Below, in pieces: positions 53,247 to 62,886 of a stretch of 64,000 nucleotides of DNA (positions are counted from its first letter, which is position 1; every line of letters begins with the position of its first letter). Under the pieces are notes generated by a model that was not told where the DNA came from, did not search any database, and saw only the letters and a program-made list of their open reading frames with translations. The DNA lies in NCBI GenBank assembly GCA_963748215.1, contig CAVVHS010000009.1:1-64000 (forward strand). Reading direction: 5' to 3'. The translations under genes and the position numbers were made by a program. Origin of the DNA: an uncultured Gammaproteobacteria bacterium (GTDB lineage Bacteria; Pseudomonadota; Gammaproteobacteria; UBA9214).

Positions 53247-55435
53247 ACGACATCAACTTCGCACGCTACTTCCAGCTGTTGCGGCAATTGATGCCGCGCG
53301 GCATGGACTTCTATGTCTGCAGCCTGTCCGGTGCGGTGCTGGCGGCGGACGCGGGCAACATGGCGCCGGTGGCGCCTTCCAGCGTGAAGGTCGACAGGGC
53401 AATGAAGCAGTTGTCGGTCGGGAATGAATCGCGTCTTGCGGCCGATAAGGGCAGTGACACTATTACCTATGTGATGGATATCCATACATCCGCCGGCGAA
53501 ACGGCCGCGGTGCTTGTCGCCACCGGCCCTGTGGGCGGCGATCCCGGTGCTACGGACCTCGATCATGCCGTGGACGTGGCGTTCATGTCCGTGGTCGAGT
53601 GTATCGAAAAGGAATACCGGCTGACTGTCGAGCTGAATGCCATGGCGCAGGAACTGGCCGGGCGTTACGAGGAAATCAACCTGATGTACGACACCTCGGA
53701 TGCCAATACCAGCATCGAGGATGAGGACATCACGCTGAAGCAGTTGATAGAGAACTACGTCGAATACCTCGATGTGGACATGGTGGCCATAGTCTATCCG
53801 CAGCAGGAGCGTATCCTGTGTGCGCTGGGGAGCCGCGATCCGATCCCTGCGCCCTATGAAATCATACGACGGCTGAGCCGTGACTATTTGCCGCAGGCGC
53901 GGGCGCATGGCAGCTGCCTGCTGATCAACGATATCACCGACCGCCGACGAGATGATCTGTCACTGGAAATGCCCTACAAAATACTCTCCTGTCCCGTCTA
54001 CAACGTTCGCGATGAAATTGACGGGATCCTGATCTGCCTCAACCATATATACCGTGCCGACTTTTACAACAGCGACCGGAGCCTGCTCAAGGTCATGGCC
54101 AAAAAGGTAGCGAAAATCACGCAGACCAACTACGACGCGCTGACCGGGCTGATGAACCAGCTTGCCTTTGAGAGTGTCCTGCAGCGGGCGCTCGACCAGT
54201 CACGTGATGAAGGCGTCTTTCACTGCCTGCTGAATATCGATATTGATCGCCTGCAGGTGGTGAACGAAAGTCTCGGCAGGTCGGCAGGGGATCATGTCAT
54301 CAAGAGTGTTGGCGAGATGCTGCGCCACAAGCTTCGCGGCACGGATTCTGTGAGTTACCTGGGCGAGGGGCGCTATGGTGTGCTGCTCGAAAGCTGCGGT
54401 ATCGAGCAGGGTATGCAGGTGTCGCAGACATTGCGCGAGCAGGTGAAAGAAGGCGGTCTGTCCTGGGACGGGATGGTGCTCGATCTTTCGGTATCCATTG
54501 GCATAACCGTCGTCGAGCCTCACATCCACAAGATTGAGCAGGTGATGGAGGCGGCGGAGCTGGCGCGTGAGGCGGCCAAGGAACTGGGCAATGGCCAGCT
54601 TCAGGTGTTCCGCCAGAATGACCAGGACCTGGTGATGCGCAAACACAATATGCAATACGCGACCACTATCCAGAAGGCGCTGCGTGAGAACCGCTTCCGG
54701 CTCTATTGCCAGACGATCCGGCCAGTGGCGGAAAGCCGTGAAGAGTACCATTTCGAGGTGCTGCTGCGGCTGATCGGCGAGGATGGTGCCGTCATGAGTC
54801 CGGTTGCGTTCCTGCAACCCGCAGAACAGTACAACCTGATGCCGGCCATAGATCGCTGGGTTATCGACGCGACCTTTTCCGCCCTGGCAACGGCCGGCAT
54901 TGCCGGCAAGCCCGGGCAGGGGACAGTGTCCATCAACCTGTCGGGACAGTCACTTACCGATGTTGCTCTGGCGGATTATATCAAGGACAAGTTGCACCAG
55001 TACGGTCTCGCTCCGGACTGTATCTGTTTCGAGGTGACCGAGACGGCGGCCATCGGCAACAAGACGGCTGCACTCAGGATTATCGAGCAACTGAAGAAGC
55101 TGGGATGCCACTTTTCCCTGGATGATTTCGGTACCGGTCTGAGTACGTTCAGTTACCTGAAGGAGCTGCCGGTTGACTATGTGAAAATAGACGGCTCGTT
55201 TGTGCGGAAGATTCTGGAAGACAAGGTGTCGCATGCCATGGTGGCGTCTATCAACCAGATTGGCCATGTCATGGGCTTGCGCACCGTTGCCGAGTTTGTC
55301 GAGAGCGAGGCACTCGCAGAGCGCCTGGCGCTGATGGGGCTGGATTATCTGCAGGGCTACGCCATCGATGAACCGCAGCCGCTGACGGACTACCTGTCCG
55401 GTCTGGCCGGTGCGCGGTCTGTACGGGCCGGATAG
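53228..55435 (+). CDS. GAF - degenerate GGDEF - EAL protein
   Basis: DALTGL, GEGRY in place of GGDEF, EVLLR, DDFGTG, KIDGSF, QGY. Confidence 0.92.
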   Translation: MSSEPLNDINFARYFQLLRQLMPRGMDFYVCSLSGAVLAADAGNMAPVAPSSVKVDRAMKQLSVGNESRLAADKGSDTITYVMDIHTSAGETAAVLVATGPVGGDPGATDLDHAVDVAFMSVVECIEKEYRLTVELNAMAQELAGRYEEINLMYDTSDANTSIEDEDITLKQLIENYVEYLDVDMVAIVYPQQERILCALGSRDPIPAPYEIIRRLSRDYLPQARAHGSCLLINDITDRRRDDLSLEMPYKILSCPVYNVRDEIDGILICLNHIYRADFYNSDRSLLKVMAKKVAKITQTNYDALTGLMNQLAFESVLQRALDQSRDEGVFHCLLNIDIDRLQVVNESLGRSAGDHVIKSVGEMLRHKLRGTDSVSYLGEGRYGVLLESCGIEQGMQVSQTLREQVKEGGLSWDGMVLDLSVSIGITVVEPHIHKIEQVMEAAELAREAAKELGNGQLQVFRQNDQDLVMRKHNMQYATTIQKALRENRFRLYCQTIRPVAESREEYHFEVLLRLIGEDGAVMSPVAFLQPAEQYNLMPAIDRWVIDATFSALATAGIAGKPGQGTVSINLSGQSLTDVALADYIKDKLHQYGLAPDCICFEVTETAAIGNKTAALRIIEQLKKLGCHFSLDDFGTGLSTFSYLKELPVDYVKIDGSFVRKILEDKVSHAMVASINQIGHVMGLRTVAEFVESEALAERLALMGLDYLQGYAIDEPQPLTDYLSGLAGARSVRAG

Positions 55436-55523
55436 GCATTGGTACCGGGGTGCGCGTCGTGTCTATCCTGCAACTGATGCTCCTGTCCTGCATTGATACC
55501 CGCCTGCCGGGACGACTGCTGCG

Positions 55524-57569
55524 ATGAGTGCTTCGCCTGAATACATGGCCAACGAGGTGCTGCGCACGCGCGTGGGTGTGATGACACACCTGGCGCCGCG
55601 TACGGCACTGGTCAGCATGGCGGAAATACAGGGGCTTGTCAGTGCAGCCTCCGATTGCCTGCAGGCAGGCGACACCCAGCTGGTAGTGGACCTGGGTTCG
55701 GTCCGGCTGCTCAACAGTGCGGCACTCGAGGCACTGGTGGACATCCAGGAACAGGCGGTGCGACTGGGTGGCTGGCTGAAGCTGGCGCATGCGAACAGCC
55801 TGATCAAGGACATTCTGCAACTCACTACCTTTTCAGACTTCATCACCCTGATGGACGCAGAGTTGCCGCCGTGGCAGCCCGCGGCAGGCCGTCCGAAACG
55901 TCTTGGTGACATCCTGCTGGCCCGCGGACTGCTGACTGAAGAGCGTATAGACGAGGCGCTCGAGCTGCAGAAGCGTAGCTCCCGGCGCATGGGGCAGATT
56001 ATTATCGACAAGGGCTGGGTGACCGAGCAGGACATGCTGAGTGCGCTGGGTGAACAACTGCAGGTTCCCTATGTGCGCCTGCGTGCCGGTATCTACGACC
56101 CGGAAATAATCGGTAGCATCGACAAGCGGGTTGCAAAGCGCCTGCAGGTGCTGCCGCTGCAAAGGCTGCGTCGTGTGCTCTATCTCGCCACCTCCGATCC
56201 ACAGGCCATGCCGGTGTTCGATGAAATCGAAAAACTCACCGGCTGCCGTGTCAGGCCGGTGATCGCCCGGCGTGAGGAGATTATCAACACCTTCAACGAT
56301 GCCTATGCGGGCAATGTCGATACCATTGAGCTGGTGGGCGATATCGATGAAGACTTTTCCATTGTCGAGAACATCGTCCGTGATGACTACGCCACCATCG
56401 ACGAAATGGCGGACGGCAGCCCGATCATCAACCTGGTCAACTCGCTGGTGCAGCGCGCGATCCGCGATGGTGCCAGTGACATCCATATCGAACCATCACG
56501 CCACAGGACACGAATACGCTGCCGTATCGACGGTGTGCTGTACGAGGTCACCACGCTCGGCGCCGAGTATCACCCGTCGATCGTATCGCGTCTCAAGGTG
56601 ATGGCGAATCTCGATATCGCCGAACGTCGCATGCCGCAGGACGGCCGCATCCAGGTTCACACGCAGGGGCGTGCGGTCGACCTGCGCTTCAGCTCGCTGC
56701 CCGGTCTGTTCGGTGAAAAGGTCGTGCTGCGGGTGCTGGACAAGAACCAGGCGCTGCTCGATGTGAACAAACTGGGTATGAGTGAGAATAATCTGAAAAC
56801 CTTCAAGTCGCTGCTGGACAGCAGCCATGGCCTCATCCTGGTAACCGGTCCGACCGGCAGCGGCAAGACCACCTCGCTGTACGCGGCGCTGAATTATCTC
56901 AACAGCATGGAAAAGAACATCGTGACCATCGAGGATCCGGTGGAATACCAGATCGAGATCGTCAACCAGAACGAAGTGCACGAACATATCGGCCTGACCT
57001 TCTCGACCATCCTCAGGCACACCCTGCGCCAGGATCCCGATATCGTCATGGTGGGCGAGATTCGCGATCGCGAGACCGCCGAGATTGCCGTGCAGGCCGC
57101 ACTGACCGGCCATCTCGTGCTGTCGACACTGCACACCAACCACGCCATCGGCGCGATTACGCGCATGATCGACATGGATGTGGAGCCCTATCTGCTGTCG
57201 TCCGCGCTGATCGGTGTGGTCGCGCAGCGCCTGGTGCGCACCATCTGCCCGGCCTGCAAGACCACTTATGTCGCCGGACCCGATCTCGTGAAGCAGTTCG
57301 GCTGGGAGGGTGAGCAGCAGGTGAAGCTGGCGCGCGGGCGCGGCTGCACGGAATGCTACGACTCCGGCTATCGCGGGCGCATGGGCATCCACGAGGTGCT
57401 CGACAGCGACGAGGCGTTGCAGCGCCTGATTACAGCCAACGCCAGCCGTGAGGAACTGACTGCCTACCTGAGGAAGCGCCACATCAGGACACTGTTCCAT
57501 GACGGAATGGACCATGTGCGCAGCGGGGAAACCACGATCGAGGAGGTTTCGCGTGTTATCAATATCTAG
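55524..57569 (+). CDS. GspE/PilB/MshE-type ATPase with N-terminal STAS and MshEN domains
   Basis: VVDLGSVRLLNSAAL; RLGDILLARGLL..ALELQ; GPTGSGKTT, EDPVE, RQDPD, CxxC...CxxC. Confidence 0.92.
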   Translation: MSASPEYMANEVLRTRVGVMTHLAPRTALVSMAEIQGLVSAASDCLQAGDTQLVVDLGSVRLLNSAALEALVDIQEQAVRLGGWLKLAHANSLIKDILQLTTFSDFITLMDAELPPWQPAAGRPKRLGDILLARGLLTEERIDEALELQKRSSRRMGQIIIDKGWVTEQDMLSALGEQLQVPYVRLRAGIYDPEIIGSIDKRVAKRLQVLPLQRLRRVLYLATSDPQAMPVFDEIEKLTGCRVRPVIARREEIINTFNDAYAGNVDTIELVGDIDEDFSIVENIVRDDYATIDEMADGSPIINLVNSLVQRAIRDGASDIHIEPSRHRTRIRCRIDGVLYEVTTLGAEYHPSIVSRLKVMANLDIAERRMPQDGRIQVHTQGRAVDLRFSSLPGLFGEKVVLRVLDKNQALLDVNKLGMSENNLKTFKSLLDSSHGLILVTGPTGSGKTTSLYAALNYLNSMEKNIVTIEDPVEYQIEIVNQNEVHEHIGLTFSTILRHTLRQDPDIVMVGEIRDRETAEIAVQAALTGHLVLSTLHTNHAIGAITRMIDMDVEPYLLSSALIGVVAQRLVRTICPACKTTYVAGPDLVKQFGWEGEQQVKLARGRGCTECYDSGYRGRMGIHEVLDSDEALQRLITANASREELTAYLRKRHIRTLFHDGMDHVRSGETTIEEVSRVINI

Positions 57570-57595
57570 GGAAACTCTGATTTATTCAATGGCAT

Positions 57596-57681
57596 CGTCA
57601 TTGCGAGCGCAGCGAAGCAATCTCTCCATAATGCTGACAATACCCTGGAGATTGCTTCGTCACCCTGTTCCTCGCAATGAC
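57596..57681. repeat. CGTC-type inverted REP pair
   Basis: CGTCATTGCGAG..GAAGCAATCTC / GAGATTGCTTCG..CTCGCAATGACG. Confidence 0.8.
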
Positions 57682-57713
57682 GGATTAACCGAGGCTTCCC
57701 GGGGAGGCAGTTA

Positions 57714-58838
57714 ATGCCGCTTGAAGTTGCCGCCACGCGCCGGGTCGAGGCCGGCAAGGTACCCGCCAAATCCGCTCCCCGCGCAAGGCGCCACCGGCGT
57801 GTGAAGCCTGGCGTGCGCGAGCGTATGTTCTTTACCGAGCAGCTGTCGCTGCTGCTGGAAACCGGCACACCACTGCATGCCTCCCTGAAGGCGCTGGGCA
57901 AACAGGTCGAAAATCCGGCCATGGCGGACATTATCGCCGGCCTGCAGGAACACATCACCACCGGCAAGTCATTTTCCTGGGCGCTGGCGCAGTACCCCGA
58001 CCTGTTCCCGGGCACCTACGTGAAGCTGGTCAGCGCCGCGGAGGAAGGCGGATTTCTCGACACCGTGCTGCTGGAACTGATGAAGATGGACGAAAAGCGC
58101 GAGGAGCTGCGCAGTACCGTACTGTCGGCGCTGTCCTATCCGGGCTTCCTGATCGCGTTCTCGATCTTCGTGGTCATCTTCGTGCTGGTGGCGGTATTCC
58201 CGAAGTTCGCCACCATGTTTGCCAGCATTGCGGACAAGCTGCCGGTCACCACCATCGTGCTCATGCACGCGAGTCACATCCTGATCGACTACTGGATGCC
58301 GATCCTGGCTGCGATGGTCGGTACCATTGCCGGTGCCGTCTGGTGGCTACGGACGCCGGCCGGCAGTGCGGCGCTGGACAGTTTCAAGATGCGGGTATTC
58401 GGCCTGCGCGATATCTTCATCCAGATCTACCTGATCCAGTCCATGCGCGTGCTGGGCCTGTCACTGGCGAACGGCGTCAGCGTGCCGGATGCCCTGGTCT
58501 CCTGCCGCGAGGTGGTCTCGAACAGGGTATTCCAGCGGTTCCTGGTGGGTATCGAGGGCCGGGTCCGGGAGGGTGGCGGGTTCGCGGCGGCCTTCCAGCA
58601 AGAGGCCTTTATCCCCCCGCTGGTGCGCCAGATGGTGACGACCGGCGAGGAGACCGGCAATCTGCCCCGGGTGCTGAGCCGCGTCGCCGACTACTACGAA
58701 CGCGAGCTGCAGAAGAAACTCGCCGCCTTTTCGCGCATGGTGGAGCCGGTCATGCTGATCGTGATGGGCGCCGTCGTCGGACTGATCGTCAGCTCGCTGA
58801 TCCTGCCCATCTTCAAACTGTCGCAGGCGGTGCACTGA
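57714..58838 (+). CDS. GspF/PilC/MshG platform protein
   Basis: FTEQLSLLLETG.PL, ALSYP, GEETGNL, VEP, LPIF. Confidence 0.92.
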   Translation: MPLEVAATRRVEAGKVPAKSAPRARRHRRVKPGVRERMFFTEQLSLLLETGTPLHASLKALGKQVENPAMADIIAGLQEHITTGKSFSWALAQYPDLFPGTYVKLVSAAEEGGFLDTVLLELMKMDEKREELRSTVLSALSYPGFLIAFSIFVVIFVLVAVFPKFATMFASIADKLPVTTIVLMHASHILIDYWMPILAAMVGTIAGAVWWLRTPAGSAALDSFKMRVFGLRDIFIQIYLIQSMRVLGLSLANGVSVPDALVSCREVVSNRVFQRFLVGIEGRVREGGGFAAAFQQEAFIPPLVRQMVTTGEETGNLPRVLSRVADYYERELQKKLAAFSRMVEPVMLIVMGAVVGLIVSSLILPIFKLSQAVH

Positions 58839-58847
58839 AGCGTGGAT

Positions 58848-59053
58848 GGTGCGTGGAACGCACCCTACAGTTTGCCACGGTGTGTCTGGCTGCGTAGGGT
58901 GCACTCCGTGCACCATGATCGTTACCCCAGCCGGTGCGTGAAACGCACCCTACGGATTATTGCGATGCCGCCTGATTGGGTAGGGGCACTCCGTGCACCA
59001 TGAATCCCCGCTCCTTGGCCGTTACGGCTGTTGGTGCGTAAAACGCACCCTAC
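58848..59053. repeat. GTAG REP cluster 1
   Basis: alternating GGTGCGTNNAACGCACCCTAC and GTAGGGTGCACTCCGTGCACC. Confidence 0.9.
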
Positions 59054-59094
59054 GAATGCTCAATAAAACAGTGCTGCGCGGTGCCTGGCCTACC

Positions 59095-59122
59095 CGTCAT
59101 TCCGGCGCAAGCCGGAATCCAG
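59095..59122. repeat. CGTC-type REP
   Basis: CGTCATTCCGGCGCAAGCCGGAATCCA hairpin just past the PEP-CTERM stop. Confidence 0.65.
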
Positions 59123-59124
59123 AC

Positions 59125-59832
59125 TCAGAACTTGCGTCGGCGTGCCACGCCAATCAAACCCAGCAGGCCGGAACCGAACAGCCAAACGGCGGCAGGGACG
59201 GGTACCGTTGTAATACTCAGCGTTGGCGCGTAATCGCCCGGATTACCTATTTGGGGATTACCAGACGATTCCTTGCTGCTGAATGCGTGGTTACTCGTTG
59301 AGACATTTGCTTGTGTGAGAATGAAGGTGATCAACCCATCGGTATCGTTGTTAATGAAGTCAACAAAAGTGCTGTTACTAAAACTAATGACATTATTACC
59401 TGTATAGCTGATCAAATCCGAGAATAACAGAGTCGTTGATGCGAGATCGATCGAATTTGTCAGTTTTCCTGGTGCGTTACTCCAGTCGATTGTGTCTTCT
59501 GACCAATTGGGTGAGACTGAATCATTCAGCCCATAGATATCTAACCCCAACGAACTAGTTGAGTTATAGCCAAAGAGCTCCAATGAAACCGCGGAAGCGG
59601 GATCTCCGATTGACTGAAAGGCCGTGATATCAAATCCAATGTATGAGTAGATGCTGTAATTGCCACTTGTGAAGGGTGCAAGTTGTGTAATTGCCCCTCC
59701 GAGCGGATCGGTAATGTTGTTGTGAATATTGGCATCATTATTCGTCTGGAAATCGATGGTGACGGCATTAGCGTCAAGTACATACGTGGCAAGACAAGCC
59801 AGCACAACGCCAGCAAGGCGTGATAGCATCAT
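59125..59832 (-). CDS. PEP-CTERM/VPLPA-CTERM surface protein, possible DNRLRE/CBM96-like domain
   Basis: GGAGG RBS, signal peptide, YIGFD..WSEDTIDWSNAP, C-terminal VPVPAAVWLFGSGLLGLIGVARRRK; visibly low GC. Confidence 0.88.
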   Translation of the reverse strand: MMLSRLAGVVLACLATYVLDANAVTIDFQTNNDANIHNNITDPLGGAITQLAPFTSGNYSIYSYIGFDITAFQSIGDPASAVSLELFGYNSTSSLGLDIYGLNDSVSPNWSEDTIDWSNAPGKLTNSIDLASTTLLFSDLISYTGNNVISFSNSTFVDFINNDTDGLITFILTQANVSTSNHAFSSKESSGNPQIGNPGDYAPTLSITTVPVPAAVWLFGSGLLGLIGVARRRKF

Positions 59833-59933
59833 GATGAATCCTCCGTAATCTTGTTTTTTATTGCCGGCCGTTATTTTTTGTAACCGGTTGCGCGCAGGGT
59901 ACACCCATCGACAGGGACCATCAAGCCTGTCCC

Positions 59934-60086
59934 GGTGCGTGGAACGCACCCTACGACACCCCGCGCTGTGTCTGACCGAGTAGGGTGCACTTTGTGCACC
60001 GTCATCGGTGCCCCTGTCGGTGCGTAGAACGCACCCTACGGATTATTGCAGCGCTGTCTGATTGGGTAGGGTGCATTCCATGCACC
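59934..60086. repeat. GTAG REP cluster 2 (5' of RAYT)
   Basis: four alternating REPs. Confidence 0.9.
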
Positions 60087-60131
60087 ATGATTGCTGCTCA
60101 CTAACACGAGGACTCATGGCAGGGCGCAATC

Positions 60132-60683
60132 ATGCCGAATTACCGGCGTACCATTGCTCCGGGCGGCACCTTCTTCTTCACGGTTGTCTCCTGGCGGCGC
60201 CGGCCCGTCCTGTGCAATTCTGACATTCGCGCCTCCCTGCGCGCAGCGCTCACGAGCGTCAGGTCAATACACCCTGTCACGGTCGAGGCCATGGTGCTGC
60301 TGCCGGACCATTTGCATTGTATCTGGACATTGCCTGAAGGGGACGCCGATTTCGCCGTGCGTTGGGCAATGATCAAGCGATTGGTAACGCATGATTGCGG
60401 CAGGCGTTACCCTGCATTCGCGAATATTTCCGCGTCCCGCAAGGCGCGGAAAGAGGGCGTTATCTGGCAGCGACGCTACTGGGAGCACCAGGTGCGTGAC
60501 CGGCTGGATCTGATCCGCTGCCTTGATTATCTGCACTGGAATCCGGTCAGGCACGGCTATGTCGGGGCTGTGATCGACTGGCCGTGGTCCAGTTTTCACC
60601 GCTACATGAGGCAGGGACATTACCCGGTGGATTGGGGCGGGCCAGGTGCGATTACCAGAGGAACGGAAGACTTCGGTGAATAG
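60132..60683 (+). mobile_element. rayT: REP-associated tyrosine transposase (RAYT, HUH/Y1)
   Basis: YRR..GGTFFFTV, LPDHLHCIW, WQRRYWEH, YLHWNPV.HG, WPWSS; flanked by REPs. Confidence 0.93.
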
Positions 60684-60693
60684 ACCGTGTCAT

Positions 60694-61099
60694 GGTGCGT
60701 AAAACGCACCCTACGGTGTCGCGGTGTATCTAACCGGGTAGGGTGCACTTCGTGCACCGTGATCGGTGCCCCTGTCGGTGCGTAAAACGCACCCTACGCC
60801 CATGGATCATCCCCGCTGCGTAGAACGCACCCTGCGGATTCTCGCATATTGGGTAGGGTGCACTCCGTGCACCGTGATCGGTGCCCCTGTCGGTGCGTAA
60901 AACGCACCCTACGCCCATGGATCATCCCCGCTGCGTTGAACATGCCCTGCGGATTCTGCTATTGGGTAGGGTGCACTCCGTGCACCGTGATCGGTGCCCC
61001 TGTCGGTGCGTGGAACGCACCCTACGCCCATGGATCATTCCCGCTGCGTGGAACGCTCCCTGCGGATTCTGCTATTGGGTAGGGTGCACTCCGTGCACC
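60694..61099. repeat. GTAG REP cluster 3 (~113-bp period)
   Basis: GTAG at 60738, 60853, 60966, 61079. Confidence 0.9.
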
Positions 61100-61258
61100 G
61101 TGAATCCCGCGCCATGCCCGGAGCCTGGATCGCTGCGTGGAGCGCGCCCTGCATCTAACCCACTAATATAAAAGTATTAATTCCGCCTGCCCGGGGCGCC
61201 GGGTAGCGCTGCAGCACCAGCCGGGAAAACACCCAACCCTGTTGATTCCCTCAAAAAG

Positions 61259-61285
61259 TAAAGCCCCCGTAAAAAAAGCCGATAA
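61259..61285 (+). promoter_or_regulatory. sigma28 (FliA)-type promoter
   Basis: exact TAAA-N15-GCCGATAA, 43 bp upstream of the pilin ATG. Confidence 0.75.
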
Positions 61286-61328
61286 CCCGTTCGCAGTCTG
61301 AACAAATACCGGTTCTCAGGAGACAACC

Positions 61329-61913
61329 ATGACACGAATCAAACATCCAGCCGGCAAGGAAGCCGGTTTTACGCTGGTCGAACTGCTGATCGTCGCCATC
61401 ATCCTGGCCATCCTGGCCGCGATTGTGGTGCCGCAGTTCGCCTCTTCCACGGACGATGCCGAGGCCTCGGCCTTGCGCTCAAACCTGGCCGGTATCCGCA
61501 GCGCGATCGATCTGTATTACCAGCAGCATGGCAGCACCTTTCCGGGTGCGGTGGCCGCAACCGGCGGTACCTGTACCGGTGGTACGGCGGGCGCCGGCCT
61601 GATTGATACCGGGACTGCATTTGAAGAGCAGCTGAAATACTATTCCAACGCCGCGGGCCAGACCTGCAGTATCAGGGACGTACCGGCCGGCGGTGTCGTG
61701 GAATTCCCGTTCGGTCCGTACATCAAGGGTGATGTGCCGGCCAACCCGGTGACCGGTATCGCTACCATCGCCATCGAAACCACCGGCAACCTGGCCATGA
61801 CTGCCCCGGCCGCTACCTCGCAGGGCTGGCGCTACGACACTACCTCCGGCAAGTTCATCGCGGACGATTCGGTGGGTGTCGACTCGAACGGTACGGTCTT
61901 CGATACCTACTGA
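61329..61913 (+). CDS. major pilin/pseudopilin (type IV N-methylation site)
   Basis: AGGAG RBS; AG|FTLVELLIV; internal Cys pair. Confidence 0.92.
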   Translation: MTRIKHPAGKEAGFTLVELLIVAIILAILAAIVVPQFASSTDDAEASALRSNLAGIRSAIDLYYQQHGSTFPGAVAATGGTCTGGTAGAGLIDTGTAFEEQLKYYSNAAGQTCSIRDVPAGGVVEFPFGPYIKGDVPANPVTGIATIAIETTGNLAMTAPAATSQGWRYDTTSGKFIADDSVGVDSNGTVFDTY

Positions 61914-61951
61914 TAACAAAACAGTGCTGACACCGGGACAGAGTCAGACTG

Positions 61952-62506
61952 ATGCGGGCGTTGCGTAGTCATGGCGTAACCCTTGTAGAACTCCTGGTGG
62001 TCGTCTCGATATTGGGGGTTGTCGCACTTGCGGCAATCCCCGATTTTCGTTCTGCAGACCCCCTGCGGCTGGACCTGGCGGCGCAGGAAATCGCGGAGGC
62101 GATTCGTTTTGCACGCAGCGAATCATTACGCACCGGCATGATCCACGGTGTCCAGATCAGCCAGGACACCCAGCGGGTGGTGGTCTACAGGGCGGACCTG
62201 ACGACGACACCGGTCGGCATGGTGTCCATCCTCTACCATCCGGTGGCGAAGCAGCCGTTCGACTTCGACGTGGCTGCGCGTCCGACCACCGCCGGTGTCA
62301 GCATCACCAATGCGCAGGATCCCTTTCTCTACGCAGCGGGACGGCGCAAGAACCTGCTGTTCGATGCGGCAGGCGTGCCGATCTGGATCGTTAATGCCAC
62401 AGCCACGACCTACGTATTGCAGGACGGGCTGGTTGAACTGGCTTACGGCAGTGGCAAGCGGGTTGTCCAGATTGCGCCGATTACCGGCCGGGTGACGGTG
62501 CAATGA
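61952..62506 (+). CDS. minor pilin, GspH/FimT-like
   Basis: HG|VTLVELLVV, AIRFARSES, C-terminal TGRV. Confidence 0.88.
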   Translation: MRALRSHGVTLVELLVVVSILGVVALAAIPDFRSADPLRLDLAAQEIAEAIRFARSESLRTGMIHGVQISQDTQRVVVYRADLTTTPVGMVSILYHPVAKQPFDFDVAARPTTAGVSITNAQDPFLYAAGRRKNLLFDAAGVPIWIVNATATTYVLQDGLVELAYGSGKRVVQIAPITGRVTVQ

Positions 62507-62576
62507 CCGCGTCAATGCGCCTATCACTGTCAGCATGTTCCAAATGATTATTTGCCGAGTTTGCAAGGAGACCGCT

Positions 62577-62876
62577 ATGCACATACCTACAGTCCTGATG
62601 TGGAGTATCACCCTCTTGACCGCCGTGGTCGGCATGGTCTTTCTGTTCTTTCCGGACCGGATCGCGCGACTGGAGGCGTGGCTGAATGCGCCCTGGGGTA
62701 ACCGTGAAGTGGCCTCGCTGCGTTTCGGGCTGCCTGCAGAACAGACCATTGAACAGGTCCTGAACCGCAATATCCTGGCGACACCGCTGGTCTGGGACGG
62801 CTGGCTGCGGCGGCACCCGCGGCCGGTCGGAGCCGTGCTGTGCCTGGTGGCCGCATTGCTCTGGTGGCAGATGTAG
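62577..62876 (+). CDS. small two-TM hypothetical protein
   Basis: AAGGAG RBS; hydrophobic termini. Confidence 0.7.
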   Translation: MHIPTVLMWSITLLTAVVGMVFLFFPDRIARLEAWLNAPWGNREVASLRFGLPAEQTIEQVLNRNILATPLVWDGWLRRHPRPVGAVLCLVAALLWWQM

Positions 62877-62886
62877 TGCAACCGGT

